This document shows, piece by piece, positions 46,751-62,334 of a DNA stretch of 64,000 nt. Below the pieces are notes generated by a model. The model saw nothing but the letters and a program-made list of their open reading frames with translations. It was not told the DNA's origin and did no database searches. The position numbers were made by a program, and so were the translations under genes. The DNA is from the human T2T-CHM13v2.0 reference genome, Homo sapiens, in assembly GCF_009914755.1 (NCBI RefSeq), contig NC_060941.1; one strand, written 5' to 3'. Position 1 is the first letter of the stretch, and every line of letters starts with the position of its first letter.

Positions 46751-47379
46751 GGCTAGGACCTTGTCAATCTATTTCCTCTGCAGCTGTGAAGACCTTGGGT
46801 AAAATCCCCACACACATTCTAGAAGCCTCCCTGCCTGGTACCAGGGTTCCATAGCCACTGCCACCCCCACCACAGCAGTCAGCTCAGTGACTCCAGCCTG
46901 GGGAGGGGAAACTGAGTCAGCATTCTGGACCTGGGCTGATCCCCAGAATCAGGTGGCGAGCTGGCCTGGGGGTGAGACTGCACCTGTCTCTTGCAGCGGG
47001 CAGTGGGCATAGGCTCTAGCATGAAGAGAGAAGCTGCTCAGAGCTAAGGCTCTGCGGATTTCAGAAGAGGCAGGAGCCAGGGTTTTCTGGGAGCTGTACT
47101 TCCTCCTTGTTTCCGTATATCTTGTAGAGGGCCTGTGTTGTTCACTTTTGTGGGTATGTAATGTTGTATATGCAAAGAAAGCCTGTGCTGTGTGCCTCAT
47201 GTGTGCACTGCACACTTGTGTGTGCACTCACAGCCCAAGTGCAAGGTAGGCTGGCTTACTGCCCACTCCCCTACCCACCTGGTGCCACCCCCGTGGGTGT
47301 CCAGGCCCCCATGCCCATGGAGGGCATGTTCCTATCCTTGGGCATTCTGCATTGGAATTCAGGCCCTTGCCAGCCTGTT

Positions 47380-47570
47380 CCGTGCTCGCTAACTATAAAC
47401 TATCTGATTTATATTCATTAACCAGTACTAGACAGCGGCAGGCACAGGCTAACTTCAGTGGGGGACAGGCCTCCATCGACAGGTGGACTGCATTTCAGTT
47501 AATTAAGGGGCTGTAATTGTTGTACAGGACAAGGGTCCCCAGGGCACAGGCTTTGTAAATAACTACCCTC
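47380..47570. promoter_or_regulatory. Candidate developmental enhancer
   Basis: TGATTTAT 47405, CAGGTG 47480, TTAATTAA 47499, TAATTG 47514, TGTAAATA 47554. Confidence 0.55.
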
Positions 47571-49073
47571 CACTGCCCCCACCTTTCACCCCACCCCTCC
47601 CCGCCTACTTTCCTCCTTCACAGGTCTCAGAAGCCAGGTAAAGTAGCTGGGACAGGAAAGAAGACTGTGGAGAGGTGGGAGTGAAGACCTGGTTGGCGGG
47701 GGATGCCCCTCCTACATCCTTGCAAGGCTACAATTCCCTGGGGTGGGCTGGGGCTGGGCTGGGGGAGCCCTGGGCAGAGCATGGTGGGCTGGGTCATAAA
47801 CAATGATCTTACTGCCCAAACTGGCTGAGTCCAGGAAGGCAGGACCCACCTCCACACACGCACTCTTGCACGCAGGAACAAACACAGACACACAAAGGTA
47901 CACATGCACACCTCTCCAGATCTAGTTATTTATGCTGTTTTCCCCTCACCTGCCTACATACCCACCCTGTGAGCTCAGCCCTGGCACCTGGGCACTGGGC
48001 AGGCTTTCTGGCATCTGTTCGGCACAGGGAGACTTCAGGGGGTCAGGCAGAAACTAAACAAGAAGGAGCTGTCATCTCACCAACCTAGAAAAATGAAGGG
48101 AGGCACCTACCTCTCATAAGAATTGATGAGGGAGGCTTGTGGCCTTTGGAACTCTCAAATAGGGTGACTTCTGGTCTGATAGGGGATGGGAGGGCCATCC
48201 AGGGGCTCCCACTTTGATAGCGAAGAGGGTCCCTCCTCTAAAGAAATTCCTGACATAGAGCGAGGGACGGGAGGTGGTCTGGGAAGACAGGAGTCTGATG
48301 ACGGAGGTACACACTAAAGACGCCCACAGCACCAGTGTGAACAGGTATCATTCAAGTGTGTGGATGGTCCTGGAGAATGCCACAGAGCAGGCAGGGCCTC
48401 CGAGGAGACGAGAATCTTGACCAGAGCTTTAAATTAAGGGATGATCCAACTATGGCAGCGGAGGAGGCAGCTTTGCCCCAGGACTGTTGCTTCCAGCTCT
48501 TCTTTGCACAGATGCCTCCAAGTGCCCACTGTGTGCCAGAGGCAAATAAAACTGCCAGGTTCCCTGCCCTCCCAGAGAGCAAAGAGTGAGAGACCACGTG
48601 TGCACGCATGTGTATACATACCTGTATGTGTGCAGGTCATGTGTATGTATGCCTATGTGCTCTGAGCATATTTTCCAAATATCAGTTGAGGGTCTGCTAC
48701 ATTTCAAACACCCTATGGACACAGGACAAAACAGCAAGCATGACATTCACCTGTGTACATGTGTGTGGGCATGTGATACGTGTCTGTGTAGTGTGCACAT
48801 GTGTCTGTGTGTGCGTGTGCAGGCCCTGCAACGGAGCTTTCGCCAGCCCACTCAGGACTTGAACCAAGTCTCCTACCTTGCAATCATTCTCCTGGAATTA
48901 CTATCCTTGGATATTTTTGAACCTGTGACTACTTCTGCTTGCACTGCCCACCTCCACCCCTTGCTGTGGGCCAAGGGAGCCTATATGTGTTTTGTTTTCT
49001 GCCTAAAAATGTATCTGCTGATCTTGAGTCACTGAATAATCACCCTAAGTCAAATCAGAATTGAGTTTTGTTA

Positions 49074-49571
<498 letters not shown>

Positions 49572-49589
49572 CTATCAGCCCTTATCTAA

Positions 49590-49930
49590 AGGAAAAATTA
49601 GAGAGTTATTAGGAATTTGATTAGGGGTGAGCAGGTTGGTAATGAAATTACATTTCAGCTCTTTCTCAGCCCCTGTAAGTATTAAGTGGTTTGATCAATG
49701 GTGTTCATACAATTAATTCTGCCTGATTGCAGAGAGTGACTCTATCGACAGCCGGGTTTCCCACCTCGAACTTTGTCTCTTAGCCAAACGTGCCTTCGGG
49801 AAGCTTGGAGGGTGCAGGTGGGGGCCCCTGTCAGTGAAGCCCTTTGCTGAATGCCACCTTCAAGCTCATATGGATTATTTTTTCTTTAAGCTTAAAGGAA
49901 ATTTAGGAATCACATCAAAATTAAATTATT
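49590..49930. promoter_or_regulatory. Candidate developmental enhancer
   Basis: P3 palindrome TAATGAAATTA 49640, TTAAGTGG 49682, TTGATCAA 49691, CAATTAATT 49710. Confidence 0.55.
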
Positions 49931-50604
49931 GAGTTCTAGACCAGGAGAGACGAGATCACACACCCTCCTGCACCAGTTTCTTCATTTGACCAGCGTTTCT
50001 TGAGCACCCACACCAGCTCTGAGACCTAATCCTCTCCAGGCTCCCTTCCTGGGACAGGGCAACACAGCCATCTTCCCCTAGCCTCTCCTGGGTGTTATCC
50101 CTGGCTATCAAGAGAGCCTTCCCTGTATCTCACTCAAATCTCTGCTGCTTTAATTTAATCCACCGACTCTCGTTGGGTCTTTTAGGGATGTAGAAGGCTG
50201 CTTCATATGGCCCTTCATGAAACAACACCCCCGACAACAAAGGTTGTATTCTTGAAGCTGGGGAACCTCCAATTTCTGGGACTCTGCCCACAATGACATA
50301 TTTCTTTCCGTCACCCACCCTGTGTCCCTGTGGCCTCTGGACACATTGCTTCAGCAGGGGTGGGGTGGCACTTTGTAGGTTTGTGGCGACTCTTTACATA
50401 ATTCCAGAGTAAGCCCTGCTGCTCAGGAAGCTTCCCTGGAGAGGTTACATTTCCTGGAGGGGAAGGCTGTTAGGGGTGTGGGTGACCATGAGATGCTGGG
50501 AAGGCTGAAGGGGCAAAGAGAGGACACAGATAGACTGAGACTGGGAACCACGAAACTTTCTAATATTGTATTATTTGAACCTTCACTGAAGGACATGTGC
50601 TGTT

Positions 50605-50903
<299 letters not shown>

Positions 50904-51712
50904 CAGAACGTGCTGTTTTAAGATGTGGATTCATGAAATTCTCCCAACTGCCCGATGAAATAGATGCTCTTTTATGCTCCTAAAGCAGATAAGAAAACGG
51001 AGGGATAGATGAGTTAAGGTCTCCTCCAACCTAGTAAGTGGTGGGACTTCCTGAGAGGAAGAGTGGAAAGGGAACCTGCTTTCCTTGCTCAGCTGGGGCT
51101 CACCCTAATGCCCCAAAGACCTCCTCCACCTTTGGGCAGCCCTTCTCCAGCAGAAACAGAAGTGAGGGCTTGCCAGCAGCCCTGGGGCACCCCAGTCACT
51201 CACCCTTACCTGCGCTTTTTTTCTCAATGTCAAGAAGGCCTCCTTGCTAGCATATCTGCCTCAGTATCCCAAGAATTCCTGTTGGGTCACTTGTCCAGTT
51301 CTGACAGCAATGGGCAAATTGTAACATCCAATGCCAGCGCTGCAGCACCAGGGGTTAACAGAGGAACCCCTTGAAGGAAAAGGATTCTGTGCTCCTAACT
51401 AGCAGGATGTACTGAGTGAAGAGGCCAACTGGCCAAAGCCTTGGGTGAGGGGCTTGTGGGCCAGGGAGGTGGCCTTTTACCTGTTTGGCCAAAAAGAAGG
51501 GAAAGGAAATGGTTATAAGGCCCTCTTTCTTTTTGTAAATGTTTACTCCAGATTCTCAGCCCAACAACCATAATGACCAACAATGAAGCATGCAGTCCAC
51601 TAATTTTCATCCATTCATCTTATAGGATATATGCATCAACAATACATAAAAACATAGGCACATGTCCATGATATAGTGTTAAAGGGGAAAAGCAGTATGA
51701 GCCCAACTTGGA

Positions 51713-51715
<3 letters not shown>

Positions 51716-51750
<35 letters not shown>
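51716..51750 (+). repeat. (TG)n microsatellite
   Basis: Directly visible. Confidence 0.95.
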
Positions 51751-51753
<3 letters not shown>

Positions 51754-52649
51754 TGAGGCCCTGTGCTGAGCAGTAGCCACAGGTAATCTTGTGTACCCCT
51801 GTTCGTAATCCTGTGGGGTGATAGCATAATTATCCTCTTTTTATAAATGGGGAAACTGAGGCTGAGAGCATTTAGGTCACTCACCCAACACAGCTAATAC
51901 CTGGTAAAGTCACGATTCACATGTGCTCTTAATCATTGCCTTATAATGATCCTGTATCCTTGGCCAATCCTTTTCACCTTACAAAGGATATTCGTGTTTA
52001 TGATTTCAAATAAAAATATTCACAGCCACTCCAACAAGCATCTAATAATGAGCCCATTTTAGAGATTAAGAAACTGACACTCAAAGAAGTTAGGAGACTT
52101 GCCCAAAGTCACAGAGCTAATCAACTGTTGCAAAAGAAGGACTCCAACTCAGGTCTGTACAGATGCAAAACCCTGCACTATTTCAGAGAAAAATAGAAAC
52201 AGAGATAAGAGAAGCCAACATGGACAGACATCAAAACAGACACAGCAGAGACAGAGTGACACACAGCCTGAAAAAGGGAAAAAAAGCATTTCCCTCCCTC
52301 TGCCTGTCTCTACTCAAATGCAGAGGGGAAAATATCATTTTAAGCAGGTGCCTTGCAGCCTTGCATTTAAGAAAAACGCATGGAATTAAGTTCCTAAAAA
52401 GGTAGGAAAGCTGAACCAAACCATCACTGGGGCTTGAAATGAGATTTTATGTTTTCCCTATTCTGGGCACTGAGCCGTCAATGGTGCCACGTGCCAGGCT
52501 AGTGAGGACCACTTGTTCGTTAGGGGTACCAGGGGATGGTGGCTGTCCGCCCAGCCTGGCCCAGCCTGGCCCTACCCTGGTGGGTGCCAGCTGCTTGCCA
52601 GGCCCATGAGAGGGTTGGGCTCAGAGAACACCTGTGTGGGTGTTCTAAC

Positions 52650-52808
52650 TCCTTGCTGCCCAAAGTGTGGTCCACAGACCAGCAGTACAGCACCCCAGGG
52701 GAGCCTGCTAGGGATGCAGAGTGTCAGGCCCTGCCTTCTGAATCAGAATTTGCTTGAACAGGAGCTGGGAGTGACGTGTCTATCCATCACAGTTTGAGAA
52801 ACCCTGCT
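52650..52808. mobile_element. MER5-like (hAT-Charlie)
   Basis: caaagtgtggtccacagaccagcag...ctgaatcagaat...agtttgagaaaccctg. Confidence 0.75.
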
Positions 52809-53564
52809 CCAGCTGAAATCTGAAAAGAGGAAGGACAGGCCCAGGTCTCAAAGGCCTTCCTCCCGCTGCCTGGGGCCCCCAAATCTGAGCGGCGCACACA
52901 GACTCTGGGAGAGCTGAGGCCTGAGAGGTTGTGGCTGTGGGTACAGGGGAAGGTGGGAGGGAGGGGCCTTCCCCCACCTGAACTGCTTGAGGCGCCTGCC
53001 AGCCTCAGCCAGAGAGGGTGGGGGTGGGGGTTTGTCTTTGTCAGCAGATCTTTCTGGTAGGAGAGTCAAGGTGCCCCTAGTTCCCTCCCCTCCCACGTGA
53101 GTGTGAGAACGCTGTGTGCAGGGATGGAGGGCAGGTGGCCAAGGGCACCAGGTTCACCTTCCCCAGAGGCACCATGGTCTTGATGCCCGTCCCTGCCCCT
53201 GCTGGCCCCAAAGGGTCAGACCGAGGAGCTGCTTCTCTCCAGAATAAGGAGGACCTCAGTCCCTCTGCTCCCTGCCCCAGGCCTGAGAGTTTCCCTTCCT
53301 CCTTCCTCCGCCGACTCCTACTAAAGCACCTGCTCCCCACAGCCTCCTCCAGGACACCTGGCTCACAGGGCCAGTCCCTCTGACCATCAGAACCTAGCAG
53401 GTGTGGCCTTCGGCTGGCTCCCAGCACACAACTCCTTAAAGAGACCCTGAGAACAGAGACTCAGAGGCCATGAGTGGCTGTGATGGCGAAGAGTTGTGCC
53501 CATGGTCTCAAGCCTGGGGAAGGGGCTGGGCTGCCACTTTTAGCTCACAGAAGTAGTCATCATC

Positions 53565-53730
53565 TAGTTCGAGAGGTTCTCAGTCCTGGCTGCACACCTA
53601 ACTCATTTAGAGAACTTTCGAAAGTACAGAGGCATGCGGCCCAGCCCAGACCAATAGAATCAGAATTTCTTGGGATAGGTGGGAGTGGTAGGGGAAGAGG
53701 CATTTGTCTTCTTTAAATACTCAAGTGCAG
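53565..53730. mobile_element. MER5-like (hAT-Charlie)
   Basis: ggttctcagtcctggctgcacac...cccagaccaatagaatcagaatttct. Confidence 0.65.
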
Positions 53731-54101
53731 CCACCTAGCCAGTCTACCCACCTCACTGCCGATGAGGAAGTGTGGCCCAGGTAACAACAATACAGCTGCA
53801 CCCCATAGGAAGGGCTTACTCAGTGTCTCACAGCACAGCCCAGACTACAACCTGCCCAGGCAGCGCAACAGACACCAGGCACTGACAGGTCTACCAAGCT
53901 CAGGCGCAGGTGCAGAGGGAGTACAAAGGCCCCTTCCCAGCCGGGCTGGGAGAGCCCTCCTCCCTCAGCCTCCAGCTGGGAGTTGGTGGGGCAGGGGCAA
54001 AAACTGGTGCAAAGAGCTCTGCCCCTCAGCTGCTGTGTGACCTCAGCCAAGTTGCTTAACCTCACAGACTCTCCATTTGCTCAAGTATTTAAGAATGCCT
54101 A

Positions 54102-54250
54102 GGCTGGGCACGGTGACTCATGCTTGTAATCCCATCACTTTGGGAGGCTGAAGCAGATGGTTTGCTTGAGCCTCAAGAGTTCAAGACCAGCCTAGCCAAC
54201 AAGGTGAGACCCCATTAAAAAAAAAAGTCAAAAATTAAAAAAAAAAAAGC
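54102..54250 (+). mobile_element. FLAM inside MIR
   Basis: Left monomer plus A tail; MIR on both sides. Confidence 0.8.
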
Positions 54251-54315
54251 CTAAATTGCAGACTTTCGGTAAGGATGCCTAACACATGGAGGTGCTCAGT
54301 AAAATGTTGCTGAAG

Positions 54316-54406
54316 GAATGAATGAATGAGTGAATGAATGAATGAATGAGTGAATGAGTGAATGAATGAATGAGTGAATGAGTGAATGAATGAATGAGTG
54401 AATGAA
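54316..54406 (+). repeat. (GAAT/GAGT)n tetranucleotide repeat
   Basis: Directly visible; L2/MIR-type tail expansion. Confidence 0.9.
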
Positions 54407-56694
54407 TTTACACCTGGTGCTCTACTTTGACACCTAAGATCGGGAAACCAAACCCAAGAGAGTCCTGCTCATCCAAGGTTCCTGAGCTTTTGAAACTTCT
54501 GGGAAGGGTGGAGGCAGGTGAGGTGGTGGAGGCTTTTCTTCAAGGGGCAGAGTTTATCCACATGGTTGAGGCCCCAGGATTTCAGGCCAAGGCGTGGGAA
54601 ACTTGACAAGAATAAGTGTGTCCTTCATCTTCCAGCGGCCTCCTGCCCCGGCCTGTTCCACTGGAAGAGCTTTAGCTCCACTGTGGGAGGGGCTGGACTA
54701 CTCTCCTTCCCTTCACCCCTCTCCCCTGCTGGGGCCCAGCCAAGGCACAGCGCGGGGGTGGGGGGTCACCTAGATGCAGTGTTGAGCTGTGCTGAGATCA
54801 CAGAGATGCTGGCGCGGCTGACCCCTGGGGTGCAGGAACTGGCAGCGCCCCCCATCCTGGGCCAGCAGGGGTGAGTCTAGCCAGCAGAGGGAGGTGGGAC
54901 CCTCTCAGACTGGTGACAGGTAATTGGCCTACTCTGAGAGCTGGAGGAAGGAAGAGGGTGAGGGGAGTCCCTCTCAGCCTCCCTCCTGCCTACAGGCTCC
55001 AGCAGCACCCATGGGCACCGCCCATACCACATTCCCAGTCAATTTCCTGAACCTCAAACTTCTCCCTGCTAGCTCTGCTTCACCGCTGCTGCCGCTCCCC
55101 TTTCCATGAAAGCTGCACCTCCTGGATTTCCTTCTCTCATTCCTCCCCCCACCCCATGTCACCATAACCTCCGGTGCCGGTGCTGGCTCCCCTCCGTGGG
55201 GTGCCCTGGGCCACAGGTGAGACCGGGCAGGGCCCACCACAATTGGCTCCTTTATCACTGCTTTGATGAGACAAAAACCCTGCGGATGGATGAAGAGATC
55301 AAACTAACCGTCCTGGGGCAGGAAGGTGGGGTAGGGAGTATCTCCCAGGATCTGAGCTGCCATCCTGGGGCAGGAGGGGGCACTGGTTTGTTTTCCTTCC
55401 TTGAGCAGGTACAAAAGAAGCCACATTCACGTAACCCTGCCTTTGAAGCTTGCCTTTGAAATCTGGACTCCTGGGTCTGTGCCAATCAGGCCCAGACGCC
55501 AGTACCCCCACCCCACCCAGCCCACTCAGCCCTCCATTGATGCTGCAGTTGGGAGATCAAAGGGTCCTGGCCCCCTCCTCACCTGAAGTCTAGGACCCTG
55601 GGTTGGGGACAACTGTCAGGACCAGAGCACAAACACAGATTTCAGAGGACTCCCAAACATGCATCGGGCATCTATTATCTGCCAGATGTCTTCACACATA
55701 GGGATGGCCTCATTCTTCCTCACAGTCATCATTGTGTCCTGGGTCCCCTTTTACAGATGAGGACACGGAGGCTTTGAGAAGTTAAATAACCTATCCCAGT
55801 AGTTAGGATTGGAAACCTTCCGATCCCATATCCAGGGCTGTCTCCCCACTGGAGAGTCCTACCACCCTAAAGAGAAGACAATTCCCAATTCCTGGCCACT
55901 AATCCAGTGATATGCTTCAGTCCGCAAAGCCAGCATCTCATAAAACGTCGCCCCTTTCTTATTTCAACGTGCGCTAATTTCCTTCCTCCCCTCCTCTTCA
56001 CAGGTAGGATGGACAGGCAGCCAGGTGTCTGCCAGGGAGCTCAGTTTTCTTCTTCTCCAGGCACATCAACTCTCACTTTGCCTTTGAATTTCTGGCAGCA
56101 AGGACTGGAGAACCCACAGAACAGGAATACCCCTGTCTCAACACTGAGTTCCCCCTTAGAATAATGGAGGGGTGGTAGGGGCCAGCCCCCATGCGCTCCT
56201 TCCCAGGTGGAGAGAGGCAGAGCGGAAGACCTCCCCCACTCCAGCGCAGGCTGAAGCCTCTGTCACCTGAACCCTCACCTGGCCCTCCGCTTCCTCTCAG
56301 CACCCCATCTCCTGGCCGCTTACCTCGCTCCAGACAACCTGATCAAAGGCAAGAACCTGGGAGCCATTAATGATCTCCTCCTCTCCTCCTCCGCCTCTCT
56401 CCCCTCTCCACCCCTTCCCCTGCTCTTCCTGCCAGGACATAAATAAGCAATTCTCCCGGGCGGAACAGGCGTGGCAGAGGCAGAAGGACCCTTCTACATC
56501 AGCTCCCTCAAGCTGAGACCCAGAGAGATAGTGACTTTCTTATGGCCACACAACAAATTAGTGGCTGAGCTGGGACCAGGGTAATATTTAGATCTTTGGA
56601 AGCCTAAACAATGAAGAAATTTTGTTTTCTCCCGCTGATATAGGTGTTTCAAAATAGAAACAATATGAAGCTGTGAAACAGAGCTAATAAATAT

Positions 56695-57000
56695 CAGCTC
56701 TGTCCAATAGAACTTTCTAAATTTTTCATGTGTGTGTGTGTGTGTAGACAGGGTTTAACCATGTTGCCCAGGCTGTTCTCAAACTCCTGGCCTCCCAAAT
56801 AGCTGGGACTACAGGCATGAATGCCACCGCTCGTGGCCCAATAGAACGCTCTGCAATGATGGAACTATTCTGTATTTGTACTGTCCAATATGATAGTAAC
56901 TAGCCACATGTGGCTATGAAGCACTTGAATCGTGCCCAGTGTGACTCAGGAGATAAACTTAATTTCATTTCACTTTAATTGACATTTATATAGCCGCATG
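56695..57000. mobile_element. MER3 (hAT) split by an Alu monomer (56720-56838)
   Basis: ctgtccaatagaactttct...ctagccacatgtggcta; TSD ccaatagaac. Confidence 0.8.
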
Positions 57001-58050
57001 ATATGTGATCATGCTAAGTTGACATCACTTCTTTCTAGATTTTTTGCTTGCAAAATTCTGGTTAAGTTTATCAAAACTGAACTTTTTGGTTTGGGTTTTG
57101 TTTTTTTGGAGGGGGGAGGGACCCTAAACCACTAAGTCTTAACTATTGAGAAAACATGTCCTCTCTAGAACCCATATTTGGGTCTGTAAAAAGGAACAAA
57201 TACAAAGAAAAATCCTATGGGATGATGTCAAAAGAGAGATAGATTACATCGTGGCGGGCATGGGAGGGCCACCTAAGGGGGACTTTCATGGAGAGGGCAG
57301 TGAAGTAGACCTTGGAGGATCCGGGCAGGGGAGGTTAGTGAGAGGTAGGGGCATCCAGGCAGTGGAAACAGCATAAGCAAAGGCACAGAGGCAGGAAAGA
57401 TAGAGTATGCTCAGGGTCAGTGTCTAGTGCACAGGATATATGTAGGATCAGCAGGACATGAAGATTTCCCAGTTTTCTGAGCTGCAAAGATTTCCCAGTT
57501 TTCTTTCACCTTGTGCTCAGATCATTGTCCAGTTTTCCCAGAGGACCAATGGTGGCCGTCTCTGCTGGAGGAAGAGAAGACCCATCTGAAGCCATGGGAA
57601 GGGAAGGGGCAAGAAAGGAAGGCAGCCAGTGTCAATGGGCCATGGTGATGGAGGGGCTCTGGGTCTCCCCATCCACATTCTAACTCTGGAAGAGACACCC
57701 AGAGGGTGGGACAGATGCTGAGGCCAGGTAGAATCAGAACCCAAAGGACCTTAGAGCCCCAAACTCCCCACCTAAGTCTGTGCCCCAAGGTCCTCAGTAA
57801 CAGTATCCTGTTCCAGGTGGTTGGGAGTGAGAAGATATCCCCTCCATGGTCAGGTTAAACATTTATAAATTAAGGATCCAAAAAACACAAACTATAAATT
57901 AATATAAGAAAGAAAAAATAGTGACTGCAATATGGGAAAAGATAGGAACAGGCAATTCAAAAAAGAGGAAACCCAAATAAATGATCAACAAATAGAGAAA
58001 GATGATCCACTCCATTAGTTCAGGACAGTGCAATTAAAACAGCAGTGTGA

Positions 58051-58350
58051 GGCCAGGCACAGTGGCTTATGCTTGTAATCCGAGGACTTTGGGAGGCTGA
58101 CGCAGGAGGATCACTTGAACCCGAGTTTGAGACCAGCCTGGGCAACAAAGGGAGATTCCATCTCTACAAAAACTCAAAAAATTAGCTGGGCGTGGTGGCA
58201 TGCACTTGTGTTCCCAGCTATACAGGAGGCTGAGGCAGGAGGACCACTCGAGCCCAGAAGGTTGAGGCTGCAGTGAGCCATGATGGCATCACTGTACTCC
58301 TTCCTGGGTGACAGAGTAAGATCCTGGCTCAAAAAAAAAAAAAAAAAAAC
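58051..58350 (+). mobile_element. AluJ
   Basis: Sense dimer with poly(A). Confidence 0.9.
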
Positions 58351-58499
58351 AAAAACCCCAAGAAACAGACAGCAACACAAGAACGACAAACAACAGTGTG
58401 ACATCATTTCAGATCCATTAGACTGGCAAACTGAAAGTCTGACGATACCCATGTATTGGTGTGGACGTAGAACAACCTAACACTGTTGGAAGGAGATTA

Positions 58500-59383
<884 letters not shown>

Positions 59384-60016
59384 ACCTGTCACCCAGCAAT
59401 TTCATTCCTAGTTATATGCCCCAGAGAAACCCTTGTATGTGTGCACAAAGAGAAATATACAGGGATGCTTATTATAGCCTATCAAGAAATGAAGGACAAA
59501 TTGAGGCATATTTCTTCATTCAATAAATATGGCACAGAGCTACTTGTAGGAACAAGAATAAAACCCAAAAACATACTGAACAAAACACCCAAGGTGCAGA
59601 AGTTTATATATGGGATGCCACTTATATAAAGTTTAGAAGTATGCAAACTCATACAATATAATGCTTACGTATTTATAATCTGTAGTTAAAACTTGCATCA
59701 AAAGAATAAATCCTAAATTCAGGAGGGTGATTACCTCTGGGAAGGGAGGGAGGAGAATGAGTCTTGGGGGAAACATACAGGGGGTTTCCATCATACTTAT
59801 AATGTTTTGTTTCTTTAAAAAGATATATATCTGAAGCAAAGATAGCAAAATGCTAAGATTTAACAAAGCTGAGTAGAAGATACATGGGTGATCATTATAT
59901 TATTGTTTATAGTTTTCTTTGTATGAGAAATATTTCATAATAAAAAAGCTAATTTAGAAAATAAGAACGGGGTGGGAGGCTCTGAATGGTGACAGACAAT
60001 TTAAGAAGATATAGAG

Positions 60017-60340
60017 ACCGGGCATGGTGGCTCACACCTGTAATCCCAGTGTTTTAGGGGGTCAAGGCAGGAGAATTGCTTGAGGCCAGGAGTTTGAGAG
60101 CAGCCTGGGCAACATAGTGAGACCCCATCTTGACAAAAAATTAAAAAATATTTGCTGGGCGCAGTGGTGTATACCTGTAGTCCCAGCTACTCAGGAGGCT
60201 GAGGCAGGAGGATCCCTTGAGCCTGGGAGGTCAAGCCTGTAGTGACCTATGATTGCACCACTGCACTCCAGCCTAGGCAACAGAGAACAGCGCCAGACCA
60301 TGTCCCCCCAAAAAAAGAGAGAGAGAGGGAGAGAGACACA
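60017..60340 (+). mobile_element. AluJ
   Basis: Sense dimer. Confidence 0.88.
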
Positions 60341-60495
60341 AATGGAGAGAAGGTTCTGATGCCTCCTAGGCCTAAACCCAGGCACCACCTCCCCAGGCCA
60401 GCTGCATTCCTGCCCATGGTTTCTTAAGTATTCTGTGTATCCTTATCATATAAACCCCTCTTTCATTAAAAAAAATTTTTTTTTAATTTTTTAAG

Positions 60496-60818
<323 letters not shown>

Positions 60819-61294
60819 TCAAGTTGCTTCAGCCTGGTGGAGAGGGTGCAGAGAAGCAGAGTGGTACTAGAGCATGCAACCAGGGCTTAGAAGACCTGAG
60901 CTTGAGTCAACTCCTTCACAACTCTCTGCAGGACCTTTTGCAAATTGCTGTCTCTCTCTGACCCTCCATTTCCTTCTCTGAAATCTGAGGCTGGTGGATT
61001 AGATGAAGGAGAGTCAACAGACAGAGCTATCAGAGCCAACAAGGAGCTCCTCCACACCCAGCCAAGGTGACTTCATCTCCATAAGGGAAGGGAGAGCAGG
61101 CATTTGAAGAAGCCCCTGGGGATTGTGCTACCCACACCTGGCTGAGATGATCTCTCAGGACCCTCCACTCCCAGCATTCTAGGAGTCCATGATGTGGCGG
61201 GGTCTACCTAAATTCTGTTAACATTGTTAGCAAAATTAATAGGACACATCTGAGGGATCTGATGGACATACTCTCCCCGCCTCTCAGGCTAGCC

Positions 61295-61460
61295 AGTCCA
61301 TCCATCCATCCACCCATTCATGCATCCACCCATCCATCCATCCACCCATCCATCCACCATCCATCTGTCCATCCATCCATTCAGGAAACATTTATTGAGT
61401 GCCTACTATAGGCAGGTACTGTGCAAAGTACTGGAAATTCAGCAGTGAACAAAATAGATG
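61295..61460 (-). repeat. (TCCA)n plus L2 3' end
   Basis: tccatccatcc...cattcaggaaacatttattgagtgcctact. Confidence 0.8.
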
Positions 61461-61549
61461 TAATAATAATTAACACATTAATCTCACGCTCACTTCTAAG
61501 CACTTTACTTATTTATTCTGAAAACAGTTATATAAAGTAACCACTCTAA

Positions 61550-61912
<363 letters not shown>

Positions 61913-62334
61913 TTAAATATCTTGTTCAAGACCACCAGAGTAAGTGGCACAGCCAGGCTAGGAACCCCAAGTTCCCACATGGCTAAGCCCTCTGCAGGCA
62001 GCTGTCCACCCTTCAGGCCTCTCTTCCCAGGCCTTCTCCCCCACAGCTATCTGTGCATATATGGGCCATTCTCTCATCTCCTGCCTCCACCTCCCACAAA
62101 GCCAAGGACTTTCCTTGTGGCAGGGAGGAGGGACTGTGAACCACACAGGAGCCAGGTGGGCCCGCTACGTGCTGGAGGGAAAGAACGTGGTCCCTCACAT
62201 TTGTGAAGTTAGAGAGGGCCACTCAGCTCTTGCAAGGAGATGGGAAGGGCAGAACCATCTTTCCAATTGATCCTGGTGGGAGTCCTGGGAGGTGGGTGGG
62301 ATGGGACCACGTAAGACCTGGAAGTCATCAGTCA

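Noticed and set aside
54316-54406. Regularly spaced short repeats as a possible CRISPR-like array
   Set aside because: Simple tetranucleotide microsatellite with no unique spacers, in eukaryotic DNA
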